Origin: the human T2T-CHM13v2.0 reference genome, Homo sapiens
DNA length: 64,000 nucleotides
NCBI RefSeq assembly: GCF_009914755.1
Contig: NC_060928.1
Strand: one strand, 5' to 3'
Shown: piece by piece, positions 11,401-27,230 of the stretch
Position numbering within the stretch: the first letter of the stretch is position 1
Layout of the letters: each line of letters begins with the position of its first letter
The notes under the pieces: generated by a model
The model's input: only the letters and a program-made list of their open reading frames with translations
The model's database searches: none
What the model was told of the DNA's origin: nothing
Translations under genes and position numbers: made by a program

Positions 11401-14400
11401 GGCATTGCTGAGAAGCCACTTACTTGGACTCTGCAAACTCAAGTAACTGATTTGCAGGAATCTGACTGATTTGTTGAGATACACGGGCCAGGTTACCCCA
11501 TGTGGACCTTAGGCTTGATGGAAGATTTGGCTAGAATTCAAGATCTCCCAAATCCTTGGCCAGCTGTCAGTGGCCAAGGACGGTTTCTCTAAGGAGAGAT
11601 GCAGTTGAGGCTGGTCAAATGCGTGTTTCTTGTGACTCTCAGGGCCCTAGAATGGAATCAGAACATAGCCTCCTTGTCCCAGCAAGTGAAGGTGGACGAC
11701 ATGGTTTCGGCGAGCCCCCTGAAATAGTTGGCCCCAGGCCTATTTATTTGCTCTTTCCTGAAATCTCACCATGTCTTGCCACCTTGCAGCTGGATTGGCT
11801 CTAAGTCATGATGGAGCCCATAGATAACACTGCCATCGTGGAAGCCCCATTGCCATCTCTGGGCTGGGTGGCTGGCTCCACAGCTCTATCCTTGGCCAGG
11901 AGCAGGCAGGGCTGTCACGGTGTCTTGGCTGGAGCAGGGACCTGACTTCTGGGACTTGTGCTCATTCTTTTTCTAGCAGCTGTGCACAAGCCCCCTTTTC
12001 CACTGGCCAGGCCTCTTCTCAGAAAACTTGTTTCCATTTTGATGAGGTTCTTCTCCCCTGGGGCCAGCCCCAGTTCACCCTGGTACCCTAGGTAATTAAT
12101 CACACACTCTATGCCTGTCATTACGTTGCCTTTGATCTCACTGGAACTTGAAAGTGCGGGTTCTGCTTTTGGTGTACTCTGCCTGCGTCGGCCACAGTGA
12201 GAAGCAGTCAGCCTTTAGGGGCCATTGGGTGGTGACCTCTTGTTGAGGGGATGGGCTTGGCTAGCAATTCCTCAGTCCCTGGAATTATCAGTAATAATAA
12301 TTATTGTATTTATAGTAATAATAGTAGTAATAACTATTACTGGGACCCGCCTTCTTCCAGCCTCTCGGGATAAATTATTTAACCTGTTATTAGTATGGTT
12401 CCACATTTAAAAGAGAGACTTTGGAATTCTTCCACCAGCATCTTGCACCCACAGATAAAGATTGCCCACATGCAGGATGATGCCTCATAGATGCAGTCTT
12501 TGAGAAAGGTTGTCTCTCCCTTTTGCAACATGATTCCAAAGTGAGCAGCAGTGTGAACCAGAGAGAATACTGTCTTTTGGCTTAGGAATCTCTCTCCTCT
12601 GTCCTATGTGGACTTGGGGTCACAGCTGCCCTGCACAACTCCAGGGGCACCATTCACACAAAAGAAGGTACAAAAGAAGGTGCAACACAATGACTCTGGC
12701 TTGGACTGTACCTGGGAGGCATCAATTCTTTCTTGAATCAGACATCAGGATTTTCGCTGCAGCCCTGGAAATGGGCAACATTTGTGTTTGAGTCAATTGG
12801 CCTTTCTTGGAAGCCCCCTGATGCAATGGAAAAGAATGATTCTAATTTGCCCTAGTTGGGAAAATCTGTTCATTTTCTCGACATGATGTGGCTTGGTAGA
12901 ATGTACATTAAACTAAGGTTTAGAGTAGGTAGGCTCTAGGAAATCTTGAGCAGGTCACAGATGTCAGACTCGATTTTTAATTATACAAATGGACAAAAGT
13001 GGACAGATAATCCCAGCCTGGAAGTTTCCTGGTGGGAGCAGAGTGTGTGGATCAGATGTCCCTGGGTATCATATCCTGTTGTCCCCAGCCCAGCTGCCTT
13101 GGTTGCTTGGGGTCATGGGAATGTTAGTGTTGCTCTGAAGCCAGGAAAGCACCTAGTTAGTGAGGATTGGAGCGAACAGGGTTGGGCATGGGTAGCCCAC
13201 TGTCTTTTCCATTCAAACAGAAATACTCTGTGGACCACAGGGCGCCTGACTCTAGTCTCTTGTGTGTACTGGGGTGGAGAGAAGGGAGCAGAATGGCCCA
13301 GGCACAAGAGGAAGAATCGTGGAAAGGCTGGAGAGAAGAAGCAAACAACTGAGCACATTCCAGACGACCCTTCAGCCTGGCCTGCAGGACCCACCATGAC
13401 ATACCTTCTCCCAGCCTCCCTTGGGATAAGTTATTTAACCTCAGTGAATCCAGTTTCCTCACTGGTTAAATAGTGAGACCAATACCTGCACTGGCAGGGA
13501 TGTTGTGAGAATTAGAGATAATTCATTTTAGGCACTTAGCAGAGTCCCGAATAAATTACGGATATTGCTATTACTATCAATGGTTTTAACTTATCCCAAC
13601 CTATACAACCCTAATCTAGCCGCCATCAACAAGTTTTCTTTTCTTTTTTTTTTTTTTTAAATTCATGTGATATATTAAGTCAGGTCTCCGGTCTAGACAG
13701 ATGCATGCAAAAATCATTTTGTCCAGGTAACCTATTTTATAGGTGGGCACCTGAAGCCCACGAGTAACATTTTGATGCTATTCTTATATTATTCTTCTCT
13801 GGCCATCCAATCTAAAGTCACAATCCAGACACTTCTAGCACATCACCATGTTCTAATTGTTGGCATTGCACTGATCACCATTTGACCTATTTGGTGGTCT
13901 ATTTATTTGATTATTTCCCATGTTTCTCCACTTGAATGTCAGCCTCATAGAAGGCTGGGCATTTTCTGTCTTCTTTACCACCATATGTCCAACACCGAGA
14001 ACATTACCGAGTGCACAGTAGAGCCGCAGTTAAGTGTTCTGTGATGAATGGATTGTATTGAATGAGTGGTGAAGAGCCTCTTTCTGCTTTATGGTTGCCA
14101 GCTGTGACTGTGGGCAAGTCATTTTTCTCATCCTTAATTTCCTCTGAGATGAAGTGGGGACAATACCTAGAGGCAGGTGCAGCATGAGCTCAGGCATCTC
14201 CAGCCAGGCCTCAGGGAGACCCTTTAAGGGATGAGATTTTGGTAAATTCACCATGGTGTGTCTTTTAGCCTTCAAGATGAAATCTTCCTTAGTATCTGAT
14301 AATTAGTTGGACTGGGAAATGAATCACACCTACTAGTCTCACGAGAGACTGATATATGAGCCAGGCATGAGCATTTACTAATTTTTGCTGCAAAAATAGT

Positions 14401-14849
14401 ATCATTAAGAAAAGTCAGTGTTCAAATTGGCCTAACCAGTTTGCTGGAAGCCAAGTTATAATCAGAAAGCTGCTGAGGGATTATGGAATGAGAAAAAGGC
14501 ACATGGGTTAACTGACATAAGTATTTGCCATTTCTGGCGGTTGGCTTGGAGAGTTATGCATTCATTTCCAAAGGAAGGAGAGATCGGACAGGTTGAGCCT
14601 GTAAGCTGGGGCATTTTCATCCTGGAAGGGCCAGTGGGCAATGCCCTTTGACACCCTGAACTTTATCTTTAGGCTCTCACCGCTGATCATCATCCCCTTA
14701 TGATGAACAGAGCCTGTTTTGAACCACACTAGCGATAGTTGTGTCTTCCAAACAAACTTTTCCAACCTTTTCTGGTTTGCGGGAGATTCCCTCCCTGATT
14801 CTAGGTGGCTCTGAAAGAGTTGTCCATGAGATTATTCTACTTCTTGCCC

Positions 14850-15886
14850 TCTACCCTGTCCACCACTTCTGGGCTGAGCACATGACCAAGCTGGCCAATC
14901 AGAGGAACTAACCCTCCTGGGATGGACTCAGGGATACACAAATGACCTGAATAGGGCCAATACAAATCTTCGTGAGATTGAAGTCTGGACATTGGGGGTG
15001 GTAGACAGTTTGCAAAGCTGGCCGTAGTAACTCCTCATCCTGCATGCCCCTTTGGGATGTGACTTTGGGGGCCTCTCATCAGCAGCTGAATTCTACTTCC
15101 CCTCTCCTTAAATTCGGGCTGGTCCCATGACTTGGTTTGATCAGTTGAAGAGATGTTGTATGAGTTCTGAGTTCTCAGCCTTGAGAGGCCTTGCAGGTTC
15201 TATTCCTGCTCTCCTTTCTAACACTGCTGCTTTGTCAGAAGTCAGGCTGGGGCCTTTTGGAGATGGTAACACTTGGTCTAGGGACCATATTGAGAGAAGA
15301 GAAAGAGGGAGAGACATCCCAGCCATTCTAGCCATCCCAGTTGAGTCCCCTGACATGTGAATAAAGCCATTTCAGACCAATCACCTCCAGCTGACACCAC
15401 CTGGCCACAAATGACTGATTAAATTCAGGAGACACCACAGGGATCCACAGGATTGCCCAGCTGAGCCTGAATTGCTGATGCACAGAATTGTAAGGAAAGA
15501 AAAGGTTGTTTTTTCAAGCCACTAAGTTTTGGGGATATTTTGTTCCTCAGCAATAGATAACTGATACATTGGGAGGGAGAAGTTTTTTCCTCACTGAGGT
15601 GGCCAAGCTGAGAAGACACAAGGCTGAGGATATGGAGGCTGCCATCTTGAGAAACTGAAGAATAAAACCAAGCAGAGAAAAGCGGAAGGAAAAAATAAAG
15701 GAGGCAGAGTTGAAATTTTGAAAGATGTTATTTGAGTCCCTGAATCCAGACAAGACACGAGCCTGCTGTACATTAGCCTTACAAGACTTCCTAGTTAAGC
15801 AAATAAGAAACTTCCTTCTTTTATGTTAAAGCCACTGTGAGTCCAGATTATGTCACTGGTAACTGAAAGAGTCCTAAGTAATAAAC
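14850..15886 (+). mobile_element. LTR16-like ERVL LTR interrupted by an MLT1 LTR
   Basis: catgaccaagctggccaatcaga 5' part. 3' end tgtcactggtaactgaaagagtcctaagtaata. Confidence 0.55.
14997..15568 (+). mobile_element. MLT1F/G/H-like solo LTR
   Basis: Ends aagccactaagttttgggg...gcaatagataactgataca. 5-bp TSD ttggg at 14992-14996 and 15569-15573. Confidence 0.75.
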
Positions 15887-17604
15887 ATTCATTTGTTGAG
15901 TGTGTTATTACATGCAACTCGGTTTCAGCCAAATTTTATTGGCCTGGTGATTTTCAGCACTTTTAAAGTTAGTTCCTATATCTCTCAACAATCCCTGATT
16001 TTTAAAAATTATCTTATTCTTGAATTAGTTTATTCATTCAGCTGCACTTTATTTAGCACTTACTATGTGTAGAAACTGCGGCAACTCCTGGAGATTTAGC
16101 CGGAAATGACATATCCAGTGTTCCCAACTTCCACTTAAAGTTATTTAATTAGAATTGTGTTAAATTCCAAGAAGAAAAAGAAATGGGCATTAAGAGAGTG
16201 TGAATATCCTATCCTGCAGTCTTGTTGTGAAAACCAAAGAGGATTATATGTGTGAAAATACTTAACATAGTTCCAGCATAAACATGTTTTTTTTTTTTTC
16301 CTCATGGTTTGAAACTATAAGCCCTTTCTAACATACCTGCTCTCATCACTAAAAATATCTGTCTTTAGATGTCCTTTCTGCATCTAGGTCTTGCATCTAG
16401 ATGCAACATGCTCAATTTGCCAAATGCGTAGGTAGCTGAGAAGTGCCACATTTTAAAGACTGCTCTAAATTCAAGAGACACATAGTCATGGAACTGCTGG
16501 AGGTTTGGGCTTTCGACACACTCTGAAATACTGCCTCTCTCCTCACCACCCACACTTCCTGCTGATAATCCAAGTTTTTTTTTCTTTGCCTTTATTACTT
16601 CCAAGCTCTAGTTCTTGGCTGAGACAAACTGCAGTCCCCAAATGCTGTGATTTAATGAGAGGAAATTTACTCGACTTAATGTACAAATTTGCCAGGGGAA
16701 GTGATTTTGATAAGGATAATTACATTCACATCTTAGTGTAAATTATAGCAAATATCTTACACTGTGAGCAGCTGCTGAGTCCCTGTCACTCAGTGTGACC
16801 TCTGTTCTTTGGGTTTCATAACCAGCTAATGAATGTTTAGTGAAAGCAAAATGAGAAGGCTGATTATAATGATCTGAACTCCCAGAGCCTCAGCACTTAT
16901 TCAAGTAAGAGGCAGTATCAGAATTGAGTTTTTTCTGCATAGACCTATGTTCAGCCATATATGGAAAATGTGGGGCAGGCGGGTTGCAGAAATATTTAGG
17001 AAGTGGTGTTGGTGTGATACTCATGGCTTTTCAGAGTCTAGACCAAAACCATCAACCAGTTTCATCTCTCATTTTTACTCTCATAGCCACCACACTTGTC
17101 CATACCAACAGTTTACTGTTCTCTGAATATTCCATTTACTTGTTCACTCCCATGTCTTCAGCCCTTGGTCTTGTATTTCTTTTTTCCCTCTTCGCAGTTT
17201 GATGAAATCCTAATCCTCACTGGAGATGCAGCTCACATCTGCATCTGCACCTGCCCTGGTCACCTGGAGCCACATTCATTCCCTTCACAAGGCACCCATC
17301 ACATTCTCTTTATATATTTATGATGGTATTCATTTGTTCAGTAAACATGTAAGGAGCACTTATGAGGTGCCAGAAAAGTGGAACCCTAAGAAAAATCCAG
17401 TGTAGTTAAGGATCCCAGAGTCTATCATGGGAGATGTGCAAGTGAAAAATAATCACAACAATCCTAAAGCAGTGATAAATCCATCAATAAAAGTGAACAC
17501 AGGCTTCTATGGAAGTCAAAAGGAAAGAATCTAGCACAGACTGGGGAGTCAGAGAAAGAATTCTAGAGACAAGGGTGCCTCAGCATAGTAATTAAGAATG
17601 AATG

Positions 17605-17987
<383 letters not shown>

Positions 17988-18257
17988 CTACACAGAGGAA
18001 ACACTAGACTCATTCTGGCTATCAGTGGTTTGTCTTACCTACCATTTTCTCAACTTCTTGAAGGTAGGTATTTGTTTCAGCTATTTTTATATTCCAATTA
18101 CCTAGCACAAGCATAAAGTAAATGCTCAAAAAACGTCTGGTAGATGAATGAATTAACCATTAATCCAGAGTATATTAATTCTGGTCTTGTTTGGGGATCC
18201 AAGAAGTGCTAAAAAACTCACTGAATGGTGAGAAAAACATGGCCAGAAACAGTGGGT

Positions 18258-18680
18258 CTGTAGTAGCCATCTATTGCTGTTTAACAAACCATGCCAAAAG
18301 TTGGTGGCTTAAAGCAACAATAATTTATTATTTGTCATGGTTCTGTGAATTGATTGTGTTCTTCTCTTCTTCTGTTACTTCCTCCTGGGCTCACTTGTAT
18401 TTGACTGGAGGGTCACTTGGATCTGAGCTTAGGTGGGACAGTGGAGACACCTGGACTCTCCCTTTATGTGGTCTTTCATGCTCAAGAAGGCTGGATTGGG
18501 CTTCCTCATGTGATGACATCAGCATTCTGAGAGAAAGCGCTAGAGCAAAGGTGTTTATCAACTTCTGCTTGTATCGCATTTTCTGATGTCTCAGTGGTAA
18601 AAGAAAGTTGCACGGCTAAGAGACAATGCAGTAGAGGATTACACGTAGGCATGTACTGGGGGGCACAGTCCACCAAGACC
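18258..18680 (-). mobile_element. MLT1G/H/I-like LTR
   Basis: tctattgctgtttaacaaacca...ggtggcttaaagcaacaataatttatt...gggcttcctca. Confidence 0.55.
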
Positions 18681-19678
18681 ACAAGGTTACTAGATGTCAA
18701 AGTGCCACGGTGAAAAGGATTAACAAATGTATGTGGTACATGCAGGTAGGGAAACAGATCAGAGTCATCACTCTGGAGACAGAGAGGTCCTGTGGTGTAG
18801 TGATAGGAACACTAAACTTGACTGGATTGGAAACTGGAAGAAGAGGGTTTGAATCACAGAAAATAACCCAATGATATTTACTTCATGGGTTGTCTCCAGC
18901 ATCATACACAATAGTGTGAAAATATTTATGCAAACTTGAAGATAAATGAGCACTGCTAGGTGGAAAGCCCACGCCAGCACCAGGGAAAGCACCAGAACTC
19001 CAGCAAAGCTGCTGTGACTAGAGAATCCAAGACTAGGAATCCGTGCTCCTTTAACCTGGAGGCACCTGCGCCCCACAGATACAACTTGTCAAGTGTCTAA
19101 AGAATTGGGCTGACTTCACATATTCTCATTTGCCTTGTGCCCTTTCCTGTCATAACCTGCATGGATTGAGTTTAGGTTTATTCATGAGTAAGGGAAACCC
19201 AAGTAAGAGTAGCTTAAACTAGACAGAAGTTTTGACAGTCACAAGCACAGGGCAGAGGTAGGCAGATCACAGCTGTTACAGAAGCTCTGCTCCATGAAGT
19301 CCAGACCCAAGATCCTTAAAGTTCCCTGGCCTGTGCCGTTAGGGTGTGGCCTTCAGTTTCATGGATTAAGGAGGGTGGCCGGTGAGCCTGTCACTACATT
19401 TGCATGCTTCATTTGTTCCTCCCTCCAACAAAGGCAAATTTTCTGGTTCCTACGATGGACTAGAAAGAAAGTAAAAGGTGTTACATGTGTGGGATTAAAA
19501 GTCAGCCATCTTGGGATTCTGAAGGAAGAGAATCCTTCAGAGTTTTGAAGTCCTTCAAAATGTCTATAAAGAGCAGCAGCCAAGGTGTCTAAGCAAGGTA
19601 ATGGCTAGTCTGGGTTAGGACAGTGTTTGAATCATGTAAAATAAAATCCAATAATATTTACTTTAAAATAAAAAATGA

Positions 19679-20016
<338 letters not shown>

Positions 20017-20087
20017 TCACATCACAATAAAGCATCTTGTGCTCTGCTCACTCATTACCTGCTCTGGAGACAACTGCTCTAGGCTGT

Positions 20088-21118
20088 CTGTAATAGTTTT
20101 CTGCTGCTGCTGTAACTAATTTCTAAAAACTTATGGCTCGACAGAGAGGAGAACGGTGGTTTTCAGGAGATGAGGGAAGGGGAGAAATGGAAAGATGATA
20201 GTCAAAGGGTACAAAGTTTCAGTTATGCAGCATGAATAAGTTCTGGAGATCTCATGAACAGCATGGTGACTACAGTTTCAGGTACTATATACCTGAAATT
20301 TGCCAAGAGGGTAGATTTTAAGTGTTCTCACCACACATAAAAAGAAAGGAAAATGGTAAATACATGAGGTGATGATATGTTAATTAGCTTGATTGTGGTG
20401 ATGGTTTCATAACATATACTAATATCAAAACATTGAGTTCTACATCTTAGATGTATGCAATTTCAGATATACGAGTTCTACATCTTAAATGTCTAGCCCT
20501 TGTGACTCAGTTGATCATACTTCAATGTAGCTGAAAAAATGGAAATCTGGGTGATTTTCTCTTTTCATAAGTTTTCTGTAAGTGTGAAAGTATTTCAACA
20601 CAAAAAGTTAAAAATTAAAAAAAAAACGATGACACGCACATAACACCCTCTTAGTGGCTTAAAACAACAAAAATTTATTATCTTACAGTTCTGGGGATCA
20701 AAAATCCTAAAATCAAAGTGTTCATAGAGACGCAACACCTTGGAATCTTTAGGGGATAATACATTTCTTTTCCTTTTCCAGCTTCTACAAGCTGCCTGCT
20801 ATCCTTGGCTCATGACCCCTTCCTCCGTCTTCAAGGCCAGCAGTGCAGCATCTTCAAATCTTTTTCTCTCTCTCTCATCTCTTCTTCTAGTATCACTTCC
20901 TTTCTGACTCTGACTCTGCCACCTCCCTTTTATAAGGACCTTTGTGTCCTTATGAGGACATTGGGTTTACCCAGTCATCCACGTTAATGACCCAAACTCA
21001 AGATCCTTACTTTAATCACATCAGCCAAGCCCCATTTGCCCTGTAAGTTAACATACTCGAAGGTTCTTAGGATTACGCCCTGGACATCTTTGAAGGGGCC
21101 ATGATGCTGCCTGATATA
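20088..21118 (-). mobile_element. MLT1D-like LTR interrupted by L1M 3' sequence
   Basis: tgtaatagttttctgctgctgctgtaac...cttatggct | insert | cttagtggcttaaaacaac...ccttggctcatgacccc...ggacatctttgaaggggcca. Confidence 0.7.
20140..20626 (+). mobile_element. L1MA9/10/MB-like 3' end plus a second A-tailed segment
   Basis: gtcaaagggtacaaagtttcagtta...gaataagttctggagatct...taattagcttgattgtggt. Confidence 0.65.
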
Positions 21119-22150
21119 CTACCCATTCATTAACTCATTCATTCAATCAATGTTTGTCAGGCACCTTCTACGTATGTGCCAGGTACTATGTTGGCTGAAT
21201 ACAGTGGAGAATCAAACAGACAAGACTCCTGCCCTCCTGAAGCAGTTCTTCATTTTTCTAGATGAGCACCACTGATCCAGCCCAGAATGGGTCAACATAT
21301 GCAATAATAGAAGAGGAATGTTTCATATGCTTAACATACATGCACAAACACATCCACTCACATAGTCACATTTGTATGAGTGTCCTCGTTACTGCAAATG
21401 TTTAAAACGTGTTTTAGAAACATTTTTTGTTCATGTAATGTCCACTCCGAGTCCTTTTGCTAAATGAATGGGACTTCATTATAAGGGAACACTCCTAACT
21501 CTCCATGCAACTCTCCTAATTCTCAGTCTTATTAAACAATAAAAAGCAGGGAGATTTTTTGCCCTACCAAACTTGAGTCTTCATAATCTCAGCCCCCTAA
21601 TCTCTCTGGAAGCCATGGGTGACTCCATCCTGTTCTGCAAGAGCAGCAGACAATCCCTGCTGCCAGAGGCCAAGCTCGACCAATCACTGGCTTTGTCTGT
21701 CCCTCCTGTTTGCTGGTGTTTGGCAGGGCAATTGTGCCGCATTTTTGGATTGACCAGTGAGTACGTGGCTAGGCACTGTTTTGAGTGACTGCCTTCCAGT
21801 GCTACATTACTTATAGTTTCCCAAACTGTAAGACAAATTGGGGTTGAGGATTATAGGTTCACTAGTCACCTCCTTGTCGGAGGCCCAGCATCTTCAGTTC
21901 CTTTTATTGTCTGCACTCCAGAGATGGATGCTGGATCGTGGATGACCCTAGCCATGCTGAGCGGGTGTCCTTTGCAAGACTTTCATCTCCATCTGACACG
22001 CTGTATGGGGCCAACCATTATGTCCTCTTATTTCTTCCTGGATCTGTTAAACAGGAACTTCTGCCCTTTTTACTCACTCCTCCCCCAAGCAAGGAGGACT
22101 AATCTTCTGGCTCAAGTTTTTGTTTGGATAAAGTATAGAGCTGTGAGTGT

Positions 22151-22504
22151 TGTCGAAGAAAAATTTCACTGGACAGACTGAAACAGGTAAGGGGAACTTT
22201 ATTCAAAACTATTGCAGTAGCTGTCAAGACTATTGCAATAGCGGAGACAGCTTGAACTCAACTACTCAACTCTGATTACAACATGGCCAGCTGGGGATTT
22301 ATAGTAAGGAGCAGGGTGAGGGAGTCAGTGGATGGAAAATTACTGAGAGAGCTTTGGTTATGATCCAGGGACAGGGGGTTTTCACTAAACTGGCTTAGCA
22401 GAATTCTCGCTAACACTGGGGCTGCTGGCCAAGGCCAAGGCCTAGTGGGGAAGAGTGCTCAGAGGAGCTGGACTAGAGTTTGGTCAAGGAGGAAGTCCCT
22501 GTCA
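22151..22504 (-). mobile_element. MER31/MER67-like ERV1 LTR
   Basis: Reverse complement begins tgacagggacttcctccttgaccaaactctagtccagctcctctgagc. Confidence 0.65.
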
Positions 22505-22636
22505 CGATTATTATTTTCTTTGTCCTGGGAATTGCTTGCCACAGCATTGACACAGTCTCTGTTCCTCCATCCAGGGATGGTCTAGCCCTTGTGAGTGTGT
22601 GTGGGATGGGGGCAGGTGAAAAGTATACAGGTCTTG

Positions 22637-22932
<296 letters not shown>

Positions 22933-23338
22933 AAAAGTATACAGGTCTTGATGGGTACAGTCAGCTCAGGAGTTCAATATTAGGAAATATGGCTAAGATG
23001 TTTTCTCCAGTACAGCTTCAGTCAGTAACAGAAACAATATTTTGATCACCACTCCGCTACTCCACTGGCTGTTTCTGTTTTTCATTCCCACCAGCCATCT
23101 ATTGGAGTTCCCACTGCTCCACATTCTTGCCAACACTTGGTACTATGAGGATTTTTTATTTTAGCCATTCCAATAGGTTTGGGATATCTCATTGTAATTT
23201 TAATTCTGATTTCCCAAATAACTAATCATGAACCACCTTTCTTCATGCTTATTTGCCATTTGTATACCTTGTGCCTGTTCATAGCTTTTGCCCAGCTTTT
23301 GAGTTGTTTTCTCATTGTTGAGTTTTGAATGCTCTTCA

Positions 23339-23764
<426 letters not shown>

Positions 23765-25146
23765 TCAAAGAACAAGGTTTTAAATTTCAATGAAGTATAA
23801 TTTACCGAATTTTCTTTTACGGATTGTGTTTTGGTGTTATATCCTAAAGTCTTTGCTTAAATTTAACAAGAATTTCTCCTAAGTTTTTTTCTAAACTTTT
23901 TCTAATTTTATGTATTATATTTAGGGTTATGATTCATTTTGAATTCATTTTGAATTCATTTTTAAGGAGTGAGATATAGGTTGGAGTTTATTTTCTTAAA
24001 CTATTTCAGAACCATTGTAGAAAAGATAATGCCTTTGCATTTTTGTCAAAATTCAATTGATCATTTTTGTGTGGGTCTATTTCTGGATGCTCCATTTTAT
24101 TCCACTGATCTTTGTGTCTATACTTTCACCAATATTGTAGTGTCCTGATTGCTGTAGAATTATAATAAATCTTAAAATCGGGTAGTATGAGTCTTTTAAC
24201 TTTATTCTTTGTTTAAAAAACTGTTTTGCCATTCGTATACATTTTAGAATAAGCTTGTTAATTTCTATAAAATTTCTTTTGGGATTTTGATTGAGATTGT
24301 GGTAAATCTATAGATAAATGGAAGAAGATTGACCTTTTAACTTTAGTAAAGTCATTCATTCAGTGAACACAGTGTACCTTTCCATTTATTCGTTCTTTGA
24401 CTTATTTCATCAGTGTTTTGTAGTTTTCGGCAGAAAACTAAAGAACATAAATATGTTTTGTTAGATATTTAACCAAGTATTTCTTGTTTTTGGAACTATT
24501 ATGAAGAGCAACTTTTTTATGTTTTAGTTTTTAATTGTTCATTGCTAGTACAGAGAAATACAATGAATATTTGTGTGTTGAACTTCTATTCTGTAACCTT
24601 GTTAACTTTTTAGTTCAGGTAGATTCTTTGAGATTTAATATGTAAACAATAATGTGTGTGAATAGAAACAGTTTTATTTTTAATGTTTTGCTTTTCAATC
24701 TGTACACCTTTTATTTATTTTTCTCACCTTGTTACACTGACTTGAACTTCCAGTATGATAGTGAATAGAGGCAGTGATAGAAAATATCTTTACTTTGTTC
24801 CTGATCTTAGGGGAAAAGCATTTAGTTTTGCGCCACTAAATATGACGCTAGCTGTATCTTTTTTGTAGATACTCTATTTCAGGTTAAGGCAGCTTTTTTC
24901 AATTCCTGGTTTGGTAAGTGTTTTGAACATAGAGGGATGTTGAATTTCATCAAATGTTTCCCCTGTATCTATTGATATAATCATATGTTCTTTTCCCCTC
25001 AGTCAGTTAATATGGGGGATTAAATTGACTGATTTTGGAATATTGAAACAGTTTTGCATTTCTCTACCTTGTTGTGGTGTATTATCCTTTTTATAAAAAT
25101 TGTTGATTTAACTTGCTAATATTTGATAAGGAATTGTGTGCCTTTG

Positions 25147-25452
25147 GATGGATGAAGCTGGAATCCATCAATCTCAGCAAACTAACACAGGAACAGAAAA
25201 CGAAACACTGTATGTTCTTATTCATAAGTGCGAATTGAACAATGAGAACACGTGGACACAGGGAGGGGAACATCACACACCGGGGCCTGTCAGGGGCTGG
25301 GGGGCAAGAGGAGGGAGAGCATTAGGAGAAATATCTAATGTAGATGACAGGTTGATGGGTGCAGCAAACCACCATGGCACGTGTATACCTATGTAACAAA
25401 CCTGCATGCTCTGCACATGTACCCCAGAACTTAAAGTATATCTAAAAAAAGA
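25147..25452 (+). mobile_element. 5'-truncated L1PA (PA6-8-like) 3' end
   Basis: L1 3' UTR. 15-bp TSD aattgtgtgcctttg at 25132-25146 and 25453-25467. Confidence 0.88.
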
Positions 25453-27230
25453 AATTGTGTGCCTTTGTTTATGACAAATATTGGTCTGCAGTTTTATTTT
25501 CTTGTACTGTTTTCTTGTATTATTTTGGTATCAGGTTTGTGTTAGTTTCATAAAATGAGTTAGGAAGCATTTCTCCCTTTTGAATTTTCTGGGATAAATT
25601 GTGTAGATATTTTCCCTCAGTATTTGGTAGAATTTTCCACTGAAACCATGTGGACCTGGAATTTCCTTTGTTGGAAAGTTTTAGCTAAGAATTCTGCTTA
25701 TTTAAGTGAATATGGGACTATTCAGGTTATCTATTTTTTCTTGAGTGACTTTTGATAGTGTCTTTTGAAAATTTATCTATTTCATTTAAAGTTGTTGAAT
25801 TTACAGGCAGGGTTATTAACAGCATTTCCTTATTACCCTTCTAATATCTGTAGGGTCTGTAGGGATATTGCCTCTTTCATTACTGCTCTTGGCAAGTTGT
25901 GTCCTATCTCTCTTATCCTCTCTTTTTCTCCCTCCATCTCCCCAACATCACTTCTTCCATACTCCTTCTTTTGGTTAGCCTGGATAGAGGTTTATCAATT
26001 GTATTGATCTTTCCAAAGAACCAATTTTTGGTTTCATCGATTTTCTTATCTTGTCCTGTTTTTGATATATTTCCATTTTGGATTTCATATATTTTTATTC
26101 TTATCTTTATTATTTTCTTCCCTGTGTTTGCTTTTTGAATAGTTTGCTTTTATTTTTCTAGTTTCTTAAGGTGAAATTTTATATTAATTACTTGAGAGCT
26201 TTCTAGCTCAATTGACCCATTTATAACTACATAATCTCCTCTTTATCATGGGTAATTCCTCTTGTTTCAAAATCTACTTTTTCTACTATTAATATGCCAG
26301 CTTTCTTTTGATTTGCATTTGCGTACTATATATTTTCTCACTCTTTTACTTTTAACCTATCTATATCATTATGTTTACAGTGGGCTTCTTGCACATAGCA
26401 TATAGATGGGCCTTCAAAAAATTCAAACTGGATTGACAGTTCTTTCAGTGTTTAAAAAAATACTGAGATATTGTTCCAGTCTCTTCTGGCTTATTTGGTT
26501 TCTGATGAGAAATCTAAAGTCATGCAAATCATTTTCCACTCTGTGTAATGCTTTGATTTTCTAAGGTGACTTTCAAGATTTTTTCCTTTATATTTGATTT
26601 TCATCAGTTTGATCACATTTTTTTCCCCCAAGGGCCACCCCTTTCCTGTCACTCTGGGAAGGGATCGAGGCAGGAGATGTCTCCTGCAGCTTTTTCAGTC
26701 CATGTCCATTGCACAGTTTCTAAAACTGCCCTGTCCTGGAGTATAAGCCAGGAGATACTCACTGCCATATTAACTATACTTTGGGTTTTGGTTTCTCTCT
26801 TCAATTTGCCTGATATAATTTATTTTTCAGAGTCCTTACATGTTTTCATTACGATTCTGCCCAGGGTTGCTAGTTATGATCAGTGGGAGAAATAGGGTGG
26901 AGTGTGCTTACTTAGCCAGAACTAGCAGCTGGAAGAGTTACTTTTAGCGAACCTGAAAAGAAGAAATATAAACCTCCATGGCTTGGAGGTGAGAGAATAT
27001 GTAAAATAGTAAGACAAGGGCCTAATCCCCAACTCCTGGTCAGGAATTAGGAAAGGAGACCTGTTAATTTGACTAGAGATTCTTTTAGGGTCTGTGAATG
27101 GATACAGGGTGCTGTAGGCGGCTGGTACCTTTCAGCCAAGAACCAGAGCCTGTGAAGCAAAGCTCATGAAAATGTCTGTCTCTCTAACTCGCCACTCTCC
27201 ATTATATTTGGGTATCTGGAAAACAACTTT

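Noticed and set aside
12289-12342. Inverted repeat cagtaata...tattactg
   Set aside because: 8-bp arms in (AAT/AGT) low-complexity sequence, expected by chance.
12946-13473. 175-aa ORF
   Set aside because: Non-ATG start, ends in a MIR, and shows no homology or exon structure I can recognise.
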